Shown: in pieces, positions 22,593 to 31,499 of the stretch | Layout: each line of letters opens with the position of its first letter | Position numbering within the stretch: position 1 is the stretch's first letter | NCBI GenBank assembly: GCA_035568935.1 | Contig: DATMNP010000121.1 | Location: forward strand, 6,190-70,189 | Source: Opitutaceae bacterium | GTDB lineage: Bacteria; Verrucomicrobiota; Verrucomicrobiia; Opitutales; Opitutaceae | DNA: 64,000 nucleotides | Reading direction: 5' to 3' | Position numbers and translations under genes: made by a program | Notes under the pieces: generated by a model | Seen by the model: only the letters and a program-made list of their open reading frames with translations | The model's database searches: none | Told to the model about the DNA's origin: nothing

Positions 22593-23714
22593 TTAGCGGG
22601 GACTGGCGGGCGGTCGTGCTGAAAACGCAATTGGCTGGCTTCCGCCACGGCCGTACTGCGAAGGGCGCATGCGAAGAATCGGCTGCTCCACCAAATAGGA
22701 AACCAAACCTGAAACAAAAACAGTCCCCAAAATGAAAGCCGGGAGGAGAAGGCATGGCCGGTTCGCCAGATGCTCGACAGTCAGGAAATAGATCGGCCAA
22801 TGAAAAAGATACATCACATAGCTGGTTGTCGAAACAAAGCGGATGACAGCCGTCATGGCGCCTCGCATCTGAAAACCCGTGATCAGCGGCAGCAGCGAGG
22901 AAAAGGCCAGCGACATCACCGGCAGGGCGAATACGCGTCCATAAATTCCATCCAACACGGAATAACGGTAGAACAAGCCCACATGCAAAACGAACACTGC
23001 GACCATGATCCACCAAAACCGCCTGATCCAGCGAGCGTATGCGGCGCGGAACTGACGATAAACCACCACGGAAAGGACACCATAACATATCGCATCAAGC
23101 CTTCCCGCCACGCTGGTGCGGATGATGCTATCCCACGAGCCCGCACGTGAAAGCAGGACGACCCGCACGCTGAAAGCCAGCAAGCACATGGCCAGCGTGC
23201 CCCACAATACAGGACGCTTCGCCCGGCCAAACACGCCAAAAACGACCAGGGGCAGGAGCAGGTAAGACCATTCCTCAATGGTGAGCGACCAGGATATGGC
23301 AAACCAGCCTCCCGTCGGCATGCTGCCAAGCAAATTTTGGGTCAATGTAACAAAAGAAAGAAATCGCCCCCGCAGATGGGGATCGAGCTGTGGAAAATCG
23401 GAAAGTGCAAAAAGGACAAAATAGTATAGAGGAAGGGTTCGCATCCAACGCCGAATATAAAAAATTGATATTCTGCCCCATGACAGCCCGGCTGCTTCCA
23501 ATCCAAGCAGAATCCCCCCAATGAGAAATCCCGACAGGCAAAAGAAGAGCTCTACGCCCATGCATCCGGTAATCTCGCGCCACCCCAGGGGGTCTACATG
23601 ATAATGCTCTAAAATTGGACTATAAAATGGCGTGCTATGGCCGATCAAGACCAGCATGATGGCCACCGCCCTGACCGCATCGAGCCCAAGATTTCGCGAC
23701 GTCGTTTTTGGCAT
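22593..23714 (-). CDS. Acyltransferase family 3 membrane protein (copy 2, paralogue of copy 1)
   Basis: Collinear with copy 1 and roughly three quarters identical by eye, with the same MPKTTSRNLGLDAVRAVAI start (ATG 23714). The track start at 23753 is TTG. Confidence 0.8.
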   Translation of the reverse strand: MPKTTSRNLGLDAVRAVAIMLVLIGHSTPFYSPILEHYHVDPLGWREITGCMGVELFFCLSGFLIGGILLGLEAAGLSWGRISIFYIRRWMRTLPLYYFVLFALSDFPQLDPHLRGRFLSFVTLTQNLLGSMPTGGWFAISWSLTIEEWSYLLLPLVVFGVFGRAKRPVLWGTLAMCLLAFSVRVVLLSRAGSWDSIIRTSVAGRLDAICYGVLSVVVYRQFRAAYARWIRRFWWIMVAVFVLHVGLFYRYSVLDGIYGRVFALPVMSLAFSSLLPLITGFQMRGAMTAVIRFVSTTSYVMYLFHWPIYFLTVEHLANRPCLLLPAFILGTVFVSGLVSYLVEQPILRMRPSQYGRGGSQPIAFSARPPASPR

Positions 23715-23749
23715 GGAATGCCAGTGGCCGTAGGTTGGGCTGCTGCGCT

Positions 23750-24382
23750 TCAAAACGGCTCGGGCTTGGCGACCGTCAGCGCCTGGATGAGCTGGATTCC
23801 GCGGTGCAAGGCTTTGGCCAGTCGCTGGGCCATGGCATAGTCCGAGACCGGAATTACTATATAATGCAGTTCATGCCACTGCAAAAAGGGAACGCCCAGG
23901 TTGGCCATTTTAATGGCATCGGAGTTGGGATCCTTCTGGGTTATGATCAGGGCGTAGCAGCCCTGGGCATCAAAACCCAGGGCGTCCGGGCCCAAATCCT
24001 TTTGGTCGAGCTTCCTGACTTCCACTGCATCGCTGACGTCTTCAGCGCGAAAGGTCGCAACCGACCCACCGTCATTGTCGTCGGCATAGTCCTTGACCTG
24101 GATGTTCGCGTAAAAACGTATCATGCAACCCGGAGGCTTCGCATCGGGATGATTCTTTTTTAGGACGAATTCGATTTTTCGAATCGTCATCACAAAGTGC
24201 TTTTGGGAATCGTTGGAAAAGGCGAACGAGCTGGTGAAATCTTTCCCATGGTCTTTCAGCCAATCCCTGGTCTCGCCCAAGGTTGGCCCTTGGTCGTTCG
24301 CCGTGCCCGCGCTTGCGCCGACCCTTGCTCCCATCAGCGTTGCGAGGATAATCCATGCCAGCAGGTTAAAATATTTTTTCAT
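23750..24382 (-). CDS. Secreted hypothetical protein
   Basis: Signal peptide MKKYFNLLAWIILATLMGARVGASA. No family recognised. Confidence 0.55.
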   Translation of the reverse strand: MKKYFNLLAWIILATLMGARVGASAGTANDQGPTLGETRDWLKDHGKDFTSSFAFSNDSQKHFVMTIRKIEFVLKKNHPDAKPPGCMIRFYANIQVKDYADDNDGGSVATFRAEDVSDAVEVRKLDQKDLGPDALGFDAQGCYALIITQKDPNSDAIKMANLGVPFLQWHELHYIVIPVSDYAMAQRLAKALHRGIQLIQALTVAKPEPF

Positions 24383-24540
24383 GGCAGTGTTTGGGGTGAT
24401 TTTTTCGTGAATCGAAGCTCAGGAAAGGCTCGGGCGGCATTCTGGCGGTTCCCACCGGGCCAGTCCACTCCTCAATTTTTCATCGGTGCATAATGCGCGG
24501 CATGTTCGTAATCCGCGGTCAGAATGGCGATATCGGGGAA

Positions 24541-24876
24541 ATGACTCAGGCCATCCCGCACCTTGCAAGAGATTCACCGCATTAAAGCCGGATTCCCACG
24601 CGCGTTGGCCATGTGCTTAAAACTCCAGCTCACGAGACAGTCGAGGCGGGCGGCAGAGCCCACCGCGACATGCCGGGCATCGTCGGTGTAATTACCCAAA
24701 CCACTCTAGCCACAAAAGGTCACCAAGATCACAGCGAACGACGCAACTGTTGGAGTCATTGGGTTGCTGTCGGATTTTCACACCTTATCACACACGTTTT
24801 CTATGCGATCTTTGTGATCCCTTGTGACCACCTCAAGCCTGTGGTCTTCCACCTCGCTACTGCGAGCAGCGGTCAT
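24541..24876 (-). pseudogene. Decayed copy of the PIN toxin gene at 25800-26276
   Basis: 24541-24670 matches 25861-25990 but has a 1-nt deletion (cgccggg -> cgtggg) that shifts the frame. The ATG and leader (24877-24950) are conserved. The middle is replaced by a hairpin repeat. Confidence 0.7.
24711..24832. repeat. Inverted repeat (ggtcaccaagatcaca units) occupying the centre of the PIN pseudogene
   Basis: cacaaaaggtcaccaagatcacagcg faces gcgatctttgtgatcccttgtgaccacc. Confidence 0.6.
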
Positions 24877-24950
24877 CCCCTCACTCTAGCGCGATTTACA
24901 ACCCGACTCGTTTTAAATTTAACACTTAGAAACCCGACCCGGTTGGCTTG
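24877..24950 (-). repeat. Leader repeat, copy A (5' region of the PIN locus)
   Basis: cccctcactctagcgcgattt...cgactcgttttaaattt...cccggttggcttg matches 26277-26351. Confidence 0.75.
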
Positions 24951-24977
24951 GCCCATCTTGACCCGCTTGACTAAATC

Positions 24978-25220
24978 TTGGTCATGGATCTGACTTGTAT
25001 CATGGACATGCTCACCGTTTCGATTGCCAAGGCCAAGTTCAGCGGGATCGCCCGCAAGGTCGTCCGTTCAAAAAAGCCCGTCATTGTCCGTGTTCCCAAT
25101 GGTTTCATCCAAATCGCCCCCTACGCGCTGCCCAAAGAAATCGCACCCGCACCCAAAGGCAGCATCCATCGCCTGCCTGCTGAGATCGAACTCGGCAATA
25201 CGCTCGGGGATTCCTTTTGA
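24978..25220 (+). CDS. Phd/YefM-like antitoxin
   Basis: MLTVSIAKAKFSGIARKVVRSKKPVIVRVPNGFIQIAPY fits the Phd/YefM N-terminal pattern. The real start is probably an internal Met (25002 or 25008). Confidence 0.55.
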   Translation: MVMDLTCIMDMLTVSIAKAKFSGIARKVVRSKKPVIVRVPNGFIQIAPYALPKEIAPAPKGSIHRLPAEIELGNTLGDSF

Positions 25221-25222
25221 TC

Positions 25223-25555
25223 ATGCATCGTTGGGATGTCGTCTTCGTCAAGGCTGATGAAAAAGACACCGTCGGACACCCGGCGGTTCTTCTCTCGTCT
25301 GACGACATTCTTGCCGACCACAAGCAATTGCGGCTAAACGCAGTGGTCGGCACCAAAAAACCGCCGGCCGGCAAGGCCCGCGATCACCACGTCATCCTTA
25401 ACGGTGCGGACGGCTTGGAGTTCCTCACCCTCATGGATTGTTCGCTTGTTTACATGGTGCGCAAGTCGTCAATCCTCCGCCATGTCGGCTCCGTGACAGT
25501 GCACCGTCGCCAGGAAATCCAACGCAAAATTCGCGCCTGCCTGGGCTTGGGTTGA
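25223..25555 (+). CDS. MazF/PemK-like toxin
   Basis: MHRWDVVFVKADEKDTVGHPAVLLSSD resembles the MazF/PemK N-terminus. ATG lies 3 nt after the antitoxin stop. Confidence 0.55.
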   Translation: MHRWDVVFVKADEKDTVGHPAVLLSSDDILADHKQLRLNAVVGTKKPPAGKARDHHVILNGADGLEFLTLMDCSLVYMVRKSSILRHVGSVTVHRRQEIQRKIRACLGLG

Positions 25556-25642
25556 ACCTTTCGGAGTTTCCAAACCCACCCGCTGACCATGTTGGATTAA
25601 TGAAATAGAGGCCCGACCCCACTGCTGTCCTCGGCGGCAGCT

Positions 25643-25828
25643 TCAGCGGTGCACCGGCGTGCGGCGCACACGCTTGGCCACAGATACGACGGACAAGTTG
25701 GCAAGCCGGCGGTTCAAAAACGCGATCTGTTCTTCGGCCTTCATCTTGTTGAGCCGCTTGCTGGTGGCAATCCGCCAGCGGCGCGATTGCGCCACCGCGT
25801 CAAAGGTCTTTTTCTTGGTCGTCGCCAT
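25643..25828 (-). CDS. Small basic protein, putative partner of the PIN toxin
   Basis: 61 aa, overlapping the 3' end of the PIN gene by 29 nt on the same strand. Confidence 0.4.
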   Translation of the reverse strand: MATTKKKTFDAVAQSRRWRIATSKRLNKMKAEEQIAFLNRRLANLSVVSVAKRVRRTPVHR

Positions 25829-26276
25829 GGATGAGGAAGGTTGGCGCTACTATGCGTAAAGCCGGGTAGCCTTGCAAGAGATTCACCGCATTAAAGCCGG
25901 ATTCCCGGCGCGCATTGGCTAGGTGCTTAAAGTTCCAACTCACGAGATAGTCGAGGCGGGCAACGGAGCACACTGCGACATGCCGGGCGTCGTCGGTAAA
26001 ACGAGCGGGCACCACCTTCTGCGCGAGGTAATGGGCCGCTAGTTCCAGCGCCTCGGCCGTCATCGGCAGCATTTCGGCTGGGGCGAAGGTCGCGCGCATG
26101 AGCGCCCGCACTGGCTTCGGCGCGCGGGCGGTTTCCTGATCGACGAGCACCGAGGAGACGAAGCGGAAGCGGCCTGCTTCGCGCAGCCGCCACAGCGCGC
26201 GGGTGTCGGCCATAAATTCGGGATCAAAGTAACCGCCGATCACCGAGGTATCGAGATACAGCGAGCGAGCGTGCAT
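25800..26276 (-). CDS. PIN-domain toxin (VapC-like)
   Basis: LYLDTSVIGGYF (N-terminal acidic residue), DARHVAVCSVARLDYLVSWNFKHLAN (C-terminal PIN signature). Confidence 0.75.
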   Translation of the reverse strand: MHARSLYLDTSVIGGYFDPEFMADTRALWRLREAGRFRFVSSVLVDQETARAPKPVRALMRATFAPAEMLPMTAEALELAAHYLAQKVVPARFTDDARHVAVCSVARLDYLVSWNFKHLANARRESGFNAVNLLQGYPALRIVAPTFLIHGDDQEKDL

Positions 26277-26351
26277 CCCCCCACTCTAGCGCGATTTCCG
26301 GCCCGACTCGTTTTTAAATTTAATTCTTAGAAACATGACCCGGTTGGCTTG
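26277..26351 (-). repeat. Leader repeat, copy B
   Basis: See 24877-24950. Confidence 0.75.
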
Positions 26352-26379
26352 TTCGTGCGTCAGGTCAGTAGAACATGGA

Positions 26380-26550
26380 TTATTTCGCCTTAGTATCATC
26401 AAGAATCGTAATTTCTCCGGTCGCTCTTCTGGCAACTCGCTTCTGGCCTTCCATATATGGATTAAATGGAGCATACCCCTGCACGTAGCTATAAGTTTCT
26501 AGAACTGGAGTGCCAGAGTAAGCTCTACCACTAGCGATCGAATCCGCCAT
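26380..26550 (-). CDS. Small hypothetical protein (weak call)
   Basis: ATG at 26550 (MADSIASG...). Low-G+C patch, same strand as the neighbouring lipoprotein ORF. No family recognised. Confidence 0.25.
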   Translation of the reverse strand: MADSIASGRAYSGTPVLETYSYVQGYAPFNPYMEGQKRVARRATGEITILDDTKAK

Positions 26551-26609
26551 ACGCTTCCACGCCTGGAGCAAAAAGTCATCGTATCCCGATTCAGGGCCAT
26601 TGGCTTAAA

Positions 26610-26774
26610 TCAGATAAGATACACGCCGTCTGCTTTCTTCCAAAAATTCGTCGGCAACAGTGTACCACCATACCAATACGCATCGTGATACTCGGTCGCC
26701 TTACTGAAATCTGTAGCACACGAAGTAAGGCCAATTGCGACAAGGATAAGTGCCAGTGTGCTTTTTAGCGACAT
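26610..26774 (-). CDS. Small putative lipoprotein
   Basis: MSLKSTLALILVAIGLTSC has a lipobox-like LTSC. Lies in the low-G+C patch just downstream of ftsZ. Confidence 0.35.
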   Translation of the reverse strand: MSLKSTLALILVAIGLTSCATDFSKATEYHDAYWYGGTLLPTNFWKKADGVYLI

Positions 26775-26818
26775 ATAGGAAAGCAGACGGGGTCTTGACT
26801 CTTGACAATTCTGACACC

Positions 26819-28084
26819 TCACAGCGCCAGCTTGATGCCTTTGCGCAGGTAGGTCGGCACGTCGAGGTCCTGGCCTTCAAATAAATTCCGGTCGGTCTTG
26901 TCGAAATAGCCGCGGCTTTCGACGTCGCGGTCGAAGCCAAACTCGTCCTGCGCCACCGGCACGGCGTGCACGGCGGGTTTTTCCCCGCCCTCGCCCGCGT
27001 GTTCCATGGCGGCGGTGACCAAAACTTTTTCTTCCGCGCGCGCGCGACCCTGGGCCTGTCGAAGGGCGGGTGACGCCAGGCGGCGCGGCGGCAGGCCGCG
27101 GCCGCCGACGTCGCTCGTGCCGAGCACGCAGATTTCCACCCGGTTCTGCAGGCTTTCGTCGATGACCGCGCCCATGAAGACGTGGGATTCCTTGCCGAAT
27201 TGCTCGGTGACGGCCGTCATCAGTTCGTTGACTTTCGGCAGCGTAAGATCGGTGCCGCCGGTAATGTTGACGAGCAGGCGGTCGGCCTTGCGCGAAAATT
27301 CCGGCGTGTGCAGCAGCGGGCAAAGCTTCAGGCTTTCGATCGCCTCGGCCACGGCGTTGGCGCCCTCGCCCGTGCCCAGCCCGAAAAGCGTCTTGCCGCC
27401 GCGATGCTGGAACGCCTGGCGCAGCGTGGCAAAGTCGAGGTTGATCAGGCCGGTGCGATACATCATCGACCAGATCGATTTCACTCCGCGGCCGATCCAC
27501 TCGTCGGCCCGCGCGAAGGAATCGAGCACGGTCTCGTTGTCGGCCGCCTCCTGCATGAGCACGTCGTTGGGCAGCGGGATGACGGCGTCGCACACGCGGC
27601 GCAGCGCCTGCAGGCCTTCCTCGGCCTGCTTGAGGCGGCGTCCGCCCTCGAAACTGAACGGCATCGTGACGAATGCGATGACCAGCGCGCCTTCCTCGGC
27701 GGCAATTTCCGCGACAATCGGCGCGGCCCCGCTGCCGGTGCCGCCGCCCATGCCCGCGAGCAGGAAGACGAGGTCGCAATCGCGCACGACGGCCGCGATT
27801 TTTTCGCGGTCGGCCTCGGCCGCGAGCCGGCCCGGCTCGGGATCGCCGCCCGCGCCCAGCCCGCGCGTGACGCTCGTGCCGATGAGCACCTTGTCCTGCA
27901 CGGGCGAACTCGACAGCGCCTGATGATCGGTGTTGATGACCGCGAGCTGCAGGCGCTCGAGGTTTTCCATCTTGAGCCGATCCACCGCATTGGACCCGGC
28001 GCCGCCAATGCCGACGAGCTTGATCGCGATGTTGCGGTCGGCGAGAAGTTCGGACGTGAGAGGAAGTTCGTCGGGAGGTGGCAT
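26819..28084 (-). CDS. ftsZ: Cell division protein FtsZ
   Basis: GIGGAGSNAV, GMGGGTGSGAAP tubulin signature, and C-terminal DLDVPTYLRKG peptide. Confidence 0.95.
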   Translation of the reverse strand: MPPPDELPLTSELLADRNIAIKLVGIGGAGSNAVDRLKMENLERLQLAVINTDHQALSSSPVQDKVLIGTSVTRGLGAGGDPEPGRLAAEADREKIAAVVRDCDLVFLLAGMGGGTGSGAAPIVAEIAAEEGALVIAFVTMPFSFEGGRRLKQAEEGLQALRRVCDAVIPLPNDVLMQEAADNETVLDSFARADEWIGRGVKSIWSMMYRTGLINLDFATLRQAFQHRGGKTLFGLGTGEGANAVAEAIESLKLCPLLHTPEFSRKADRLLVNITGGTDLTLPKVNELMTAVTEQFGKESHVFMGAVIDESLQNRVEICVLGTSDVGGRGLPPRRLASPALRQAQGRARAEEKVLVTAAMEHAGEGGEKPAVHAVPVAQDEFGFDRDVESRGYFDKTDRNLFEGQDLDVPTYLRKGIKLAL

Positions 28085-28127
28085 TCCAGTGGGAATTTAA
28101 GATTTGAAATTTAAGATTGGGAGGTAG

Positions 28128-28197
28128 GGCGCGTTATCCTTAACGCGCCGGTTTAATTCTGTAGAACCCAATGACGGCGGATTAAGGATAATCCGCC
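28128..28197. repeat. Bipartite hairpin element in the ftsZ-ftsA spacer
   Basis: ggcgcgtta-tcct-taacgcgcc (28128-28149) and ggcggatta-agga-taatccgcc (28176-28197) are inverted near-copies with 9-bp stems. They are flanked by gtag...ctac. Confidence 0.85.
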
Positions 28198-28322
28198 CTA
28201 CCCTCTGAGCCTGAGATTCCTCGCCCGGCTCGGAATGACACTGGGAAGCCCGGAATGACATCGGATTATTTGGCGTTTGGCGCTTTGGAATGTGTTTCCC
28301 AATTTGAGAAACACAATTGCAG

Positions 28323-28362
28323 GTTGGGGTTTACCCACAACATGTCGGGCGTAAAGCCCGAC
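28323..28362. repeat. gtcggg-family bipartite hairpin, degenerate copy
   Basis: The two halves are gttggggtttacccacaac and gtcgggcgtaaagcccgac, followed by ctac as at 6124-6127. Confidence 0.7.
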
Positions 28363-28383
28363 CTACCTTTTTCGTGTTTGAAA

Positions 28384-29592
28384 TCAGGCATGGGCAAAAA
28401 GTTTGCTCAGCAGGCTGCGGCGGGGCGCGGTGGCACGGTCGGCCTGGGCGTTGAGGGTGAAATGGAGGAGTCCCAGCGCGGTCGAATAGGCGGGATCGCG
28501 CAAGTTTTCGCCGATCCACGAGGGCGCTTCGCCGAGGCGCGCACTCGTGCCGAAAACCTTCGCGGCGGCCTCGGCGATGGCGGGCAGCTTGGCGGTGCCG
28601 CCGGTGAGCACGACGCCGGCCGGAATTTTCTCCGGGGCGAAGGACGCGCCGAGTTTCTTCCGCACCACTTCAAAAATCTCCCACACCCGCGCCTCGGTGA
28701 TCTGCTCGATGGTCAGGCGCGGAAACTCACGGTCGCCGATGGAAAAATCGCCGATGAGCATGACCTTCTCCTTTTTGTCGCGCGCCTGCACGACGCCGCG
28801 GCCGTAGCGGATCTTCAGTGCCTCCGCCTGGCCCTGCTGGACGCGCAGACCAAGCGCCAGGTCGTTGGTGAGATGGCCGCCGCCGATGGCGACCACGCCA
28901 GTCTTGTGGGCGCAGCCCTCGCGGTAGAGGGCAAAGTCCGTGGTGCCGCCGCCAATGTCGATCGCGAGCACGCCGTTGTGCCGCTCCTCGGCGGTGGTGA
29001 CGAGCGCGCCCGAGGCGAGGCTGGAGAGAATGAGCTTGGTCACGCGTACGCTGAATCCGTTGATCACATGCGTATTGTCGGCGACTTTGCTTTCGAGTCC
29101 GTGGATGGTCCAGTAACTCACGTCGAGCCGGCGCCCGACGAGGTGTTCCGGGTCGGGCACGAGCCGCCCGTCGAGGCGGAAGGGCCGGCGGATGTGGTGA
29201 ACGACGATGCGGCCTTCGGGCAGTTCCTTGGCCATGGCCAGGCGGCAGACCGTGTCGGTGTCCATCGCGCTGACGGTGTTGTCCGCAGCCGCGACATTGA
29301 CCGAGGCTTCGTTTTCAAAGCCTTCGAGATGCCCGCCGGTTTGCGCGAGATAAACCTCATCGACCCGGGTGCCGGCGCTTTGCTCGGCGGCGAGAAGTGC
29401 GCTGTGCGTGGCCTCGCTGGCGGCCTTGAAGTCCATCACCGCGCCCTTGATGACGCCGCGCGAGGAGGCTTCGCCCACGCCGATGATGCTGAGTTCGCGG
29501 CCGCGGGCGATCTCGCCCACGAGCACGGTGACTTTGGTGGTGCCGATTTCAACGGCGCCGACGATCTTGGTGTTAGAAATCACGTTGGGCAA
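28384..29592 (-). CDS. ftsA: Cell division protein FtsA
   Basis: Actin-fold motifs VEIGTTKVTVLVGE and AIDIGGGTTDFALY. No ATG near the 5' end, so the start is TTG 29592 or GTG 29583. Confidence 0.9.
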   Translation of the reverse strand: MPNVISNTKIVGAVEIGTTKVTVLVGEIARGRELSIIGVGEASSRGVIKGAVMDFKAASEATHSALLAAEQSAGTRVDEVYLAQTGGHLEGFENEASVNVAAADNTVSAMDTDTVCRLAMAKELPEGRIVVHHIRRPFRLDGRLVPDPEHLVGRRLDVSYWTIHGLESKVADNTHVINGFSVRVTKLILSSLASGALVTTAEERHNGVLAIDIGGGTTDFALYREGCAHKTGVVAIGGGHLTNDLALGLRVQQGQAEALKIRYGRGVVQARDKKEKVMLIGDFSIGDREFPRLTIEQITEARVWEIFEVVRKKLGASFAPEKIPAGVVLTGGTAKLPAIAEAAAKVFGTSARLGEAPSWIGENLRDPAYSTALGLLHFTLNAQADRATAPRRSLLSKLFAHA

Positions 29593-30559
29593 TATGGGTT
29601 AACCTGGGCAAAGGGAAAAGGCCGTTGCCGGGCGCCGGCGCACTGGCGGGCGTCTGCAACCCCGCCACGGTGTCGACCGTCACGGGAACCTGCAGGCCAT
29701 TGGCGAGGTTGACCGACTTGAGCGGTTTGTCGGGCTGCGTGCGGGCGAGATCGAGCACGTAGTCGAGCCGGGCGAGCTGGCGGAAAAAATCGTCGCGCGT
29801 GTTGAAGGTAATTTCCGGGATGTCTTTCGAGCGTACGACGAGTTCGCCATCCGAGGCGAGGCGGGCGAGTGAGATGACCAGGAACGTACGATAGAGATGT
29901 TCGGCCTGGTTGTGGGCGGTGGCGAGCAGGTCGGCCACCGTGTCCATGCCGTCGATGGGCGCAAAACTGTCGCCCGCGCGGACGAGCTTCACGCCGTCGA
30001 GCCACGGCAGCGTGGTGAGCAGGGCCGGGGCATAATTATTTCCGTCGTAAACCACCCCATCGCGCGCCACGAGAAAGGCCCGGGGCGGTTCATCGCCAAC
30101 CTGCACCTGGACGCGCGCCACGGGTGACCGCTCCTGGATGTTTACCGCCAGCGTGGCGGGGAAATTTCGCGTCAGCACCGCGGCTTTGACCTGGCCATTG
30201 GCGAGCAGCCGGGTGCGCAGCGCATAGAGGTCGAGCGACATGAGGGTCGCATTTTTCGGCACCGTGAGCGTGCGCTCGGCCCAGGCCCGGTCGAGCACGC
30301 CGTCGGTGGCCAGCGCGATGTCTTTCAGCGGCGGGCCTGAATCAGCCAGGCCAAGCTTGTTCGGGCTGCCGCCCATCGTTTCGGCAATTTCAATCGCGCC
30401 CCACACGATGAGGGCGAGCACGCTGGCCACGCCGGCAAACTTGAGCGTGCAGGCCAGGCGGCGCCGGCGGCCGGCCTTCGACATCGCGCGCGGATTCACG
30501 CTCTGGCTGATGTCCTGCCATGTGCGGGCAAAGGGAGCGGTGGTGGCGATTTTGCTCAT
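29573..30559 (-). CDS. ftsQ: Cell division protein FtsQ (POTRA + FtsQ domain)
   Basis: Position between ddl and ftsA, a single TM (VASVLALIVWGAIEI), and ATGA overlap with the ddl stop. Confidence 0.75.
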   Translation of the reverse strand: MSKIATTAPFARTWQDISQSVNPRAMSKAGRRRRLACTLKFAGVASVLALIVWGAIEIAETMGGSPNKLGLADSGPPLKDIALATDGVLDRAWAERTLTVPKNATLMSLDLYALRTRLLANGQVKAAVLTRNFPATLAVNIQERSPVARVQVQVGDEPPRAFLVARDGVVYDGNNYAPALLTTLPWLDGVKLVRAGDSFAPIDGMDTVADLLATAHNQAEHLYRTFLVISLARLASDGELVVRSKDIPEITFNTRDDFFRQLARLDYVLDLARTQPDKPLKSVNLANGLQVPVTVDTVAGLQTPASAPAPGNGLFPLPRLTHIAQRDF

Positions 30560-31485
30560 GCGGGAATGCGAGCCGACGCAAAACGCTGCACCGCGGGCGT
30601 GACCAATTCTCGAACCAACGCCGTGAAATCCAGCCCCGCGCTGCGCGCGCTCATTGGCAGCAGGCTGGTCTCCTTCATGCCAGGCAGCGTGTTAATTTCG
30701 AGCAAAAACGGTTCATTTTTTTCCGAAAGCATGAAATCGATCCGCGCGTAATCGCGGCCGCCGCACGCGGCGAAAGCCGTCTCGGCCGCGCCACGCACCA
30801 TTGCCGCAATGGCGTCGGGCAAGGGCGCGGGACAGAGATACTCGGTCAGGCCCTTGGTGTATTTCGAGGTGTAATCGTAGCGGCCGGACTTCGGGCGAAT
30901 TTCCACGATGCCCATCGCCCGCCCGCCGAGGACGCCAACGGACAGCTCGCGGCCGAAGACGCGGCGCTCGGCCAGCCAGCGCCCGGCGGAAATTTTTTCG
31001 AGCGCCGTCGCGAGCTCCATCTGGCCGGAAACGATTTGCAGGCCGACGCTGCTGCCCTCGTCGTTGGGCTTGAGCACGACATCGTTGCCCAGTTTGGCCG
31101 TGAGGGCCGCCGCCGCCGGCTGGCGCCCGGCGTCGAAACACATGCCGGGCACGACACCCACGCCGGCTGCGGCGATGCGCTCCTTGGCGGCGGTTTTGTC
31201 CATGCACAGCGCGCTGGCGGCCGCATCGCAGCCCGCGTAGCCCGCCTGGGCGGCGTCGAGCAGGCGCTGCATCCCGCCATCTTCGCCAAATTTTCCGTGC
31301 AGCGTGGAAAACACCACATGGCGCCCGGGATCGAACTCCGCCGGCAGCGCGTTGGCGTCTATTCGAAACAGCCGGGTGGGAAACGAACGCGCCAGTGCCA
31401 CCGCGCAAGCCTGGCCCGAGCCGAGCGAAACTTCGCGCTCCGCGGACGTGCCGCCGGCAAAGACCGCGATGCTGGGGAGGCTCAT
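30556..31485 (-). CDS. ddl: D-alanine--D-alanine ligase
   Basis: IAVFAGGTSAEREVSLGSG, VVFSTLHGKFGEDG, and LLEINTLPGM at the C-terminus. Start moved to ATG 31485. Confidence 0.9.
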   Translation of the reverse strand: MSLPSIAVFAGGTSAEREVSLGSGQACAVALARSFPTRLFRIDANALPAEFDPGRHVVFSTLHGKFGEDGGMQRLLDAAQAGYAGCDAAASALCMDKTAAKERIAAAGVGVVPGMCFDAGRQPAAAALTAKLGNDVVLKPNDEGSSVGLQIVSGQMELATALEKISAGRWLAERRVFGRELSVGVLGGRAMGIVEIRPKSGRYDYTSKYTKGLTEYLCPAPLPDAIAAMVRGAAETAFAACGGRDYARIDFMLSEKNEPFLLEINTLPGMKETSLLPMSARSAGLDFTALVRELVTPAVQRFASARIPA

Positions 31486-31499
31486 CGGGATGCCTCCGC

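Noticed and set aside
24613-24993. 126-aa plus-strand ORF across the PIN pseudogene and hairpin repeat.
   Set aside because: It runs antisense through the decayed PIN copy, the inverted repeat and the leader repeat. It has no family resemblance.
26286-26474. 62-aa minus ORF overlapping the 26380-26550 ORF in another frame.
   Set aside because: It overlaps the PIN leader repeat, and no start context or family similarity was found. Only the better-supported neighbouring small ORFs are listed, at low confidence.
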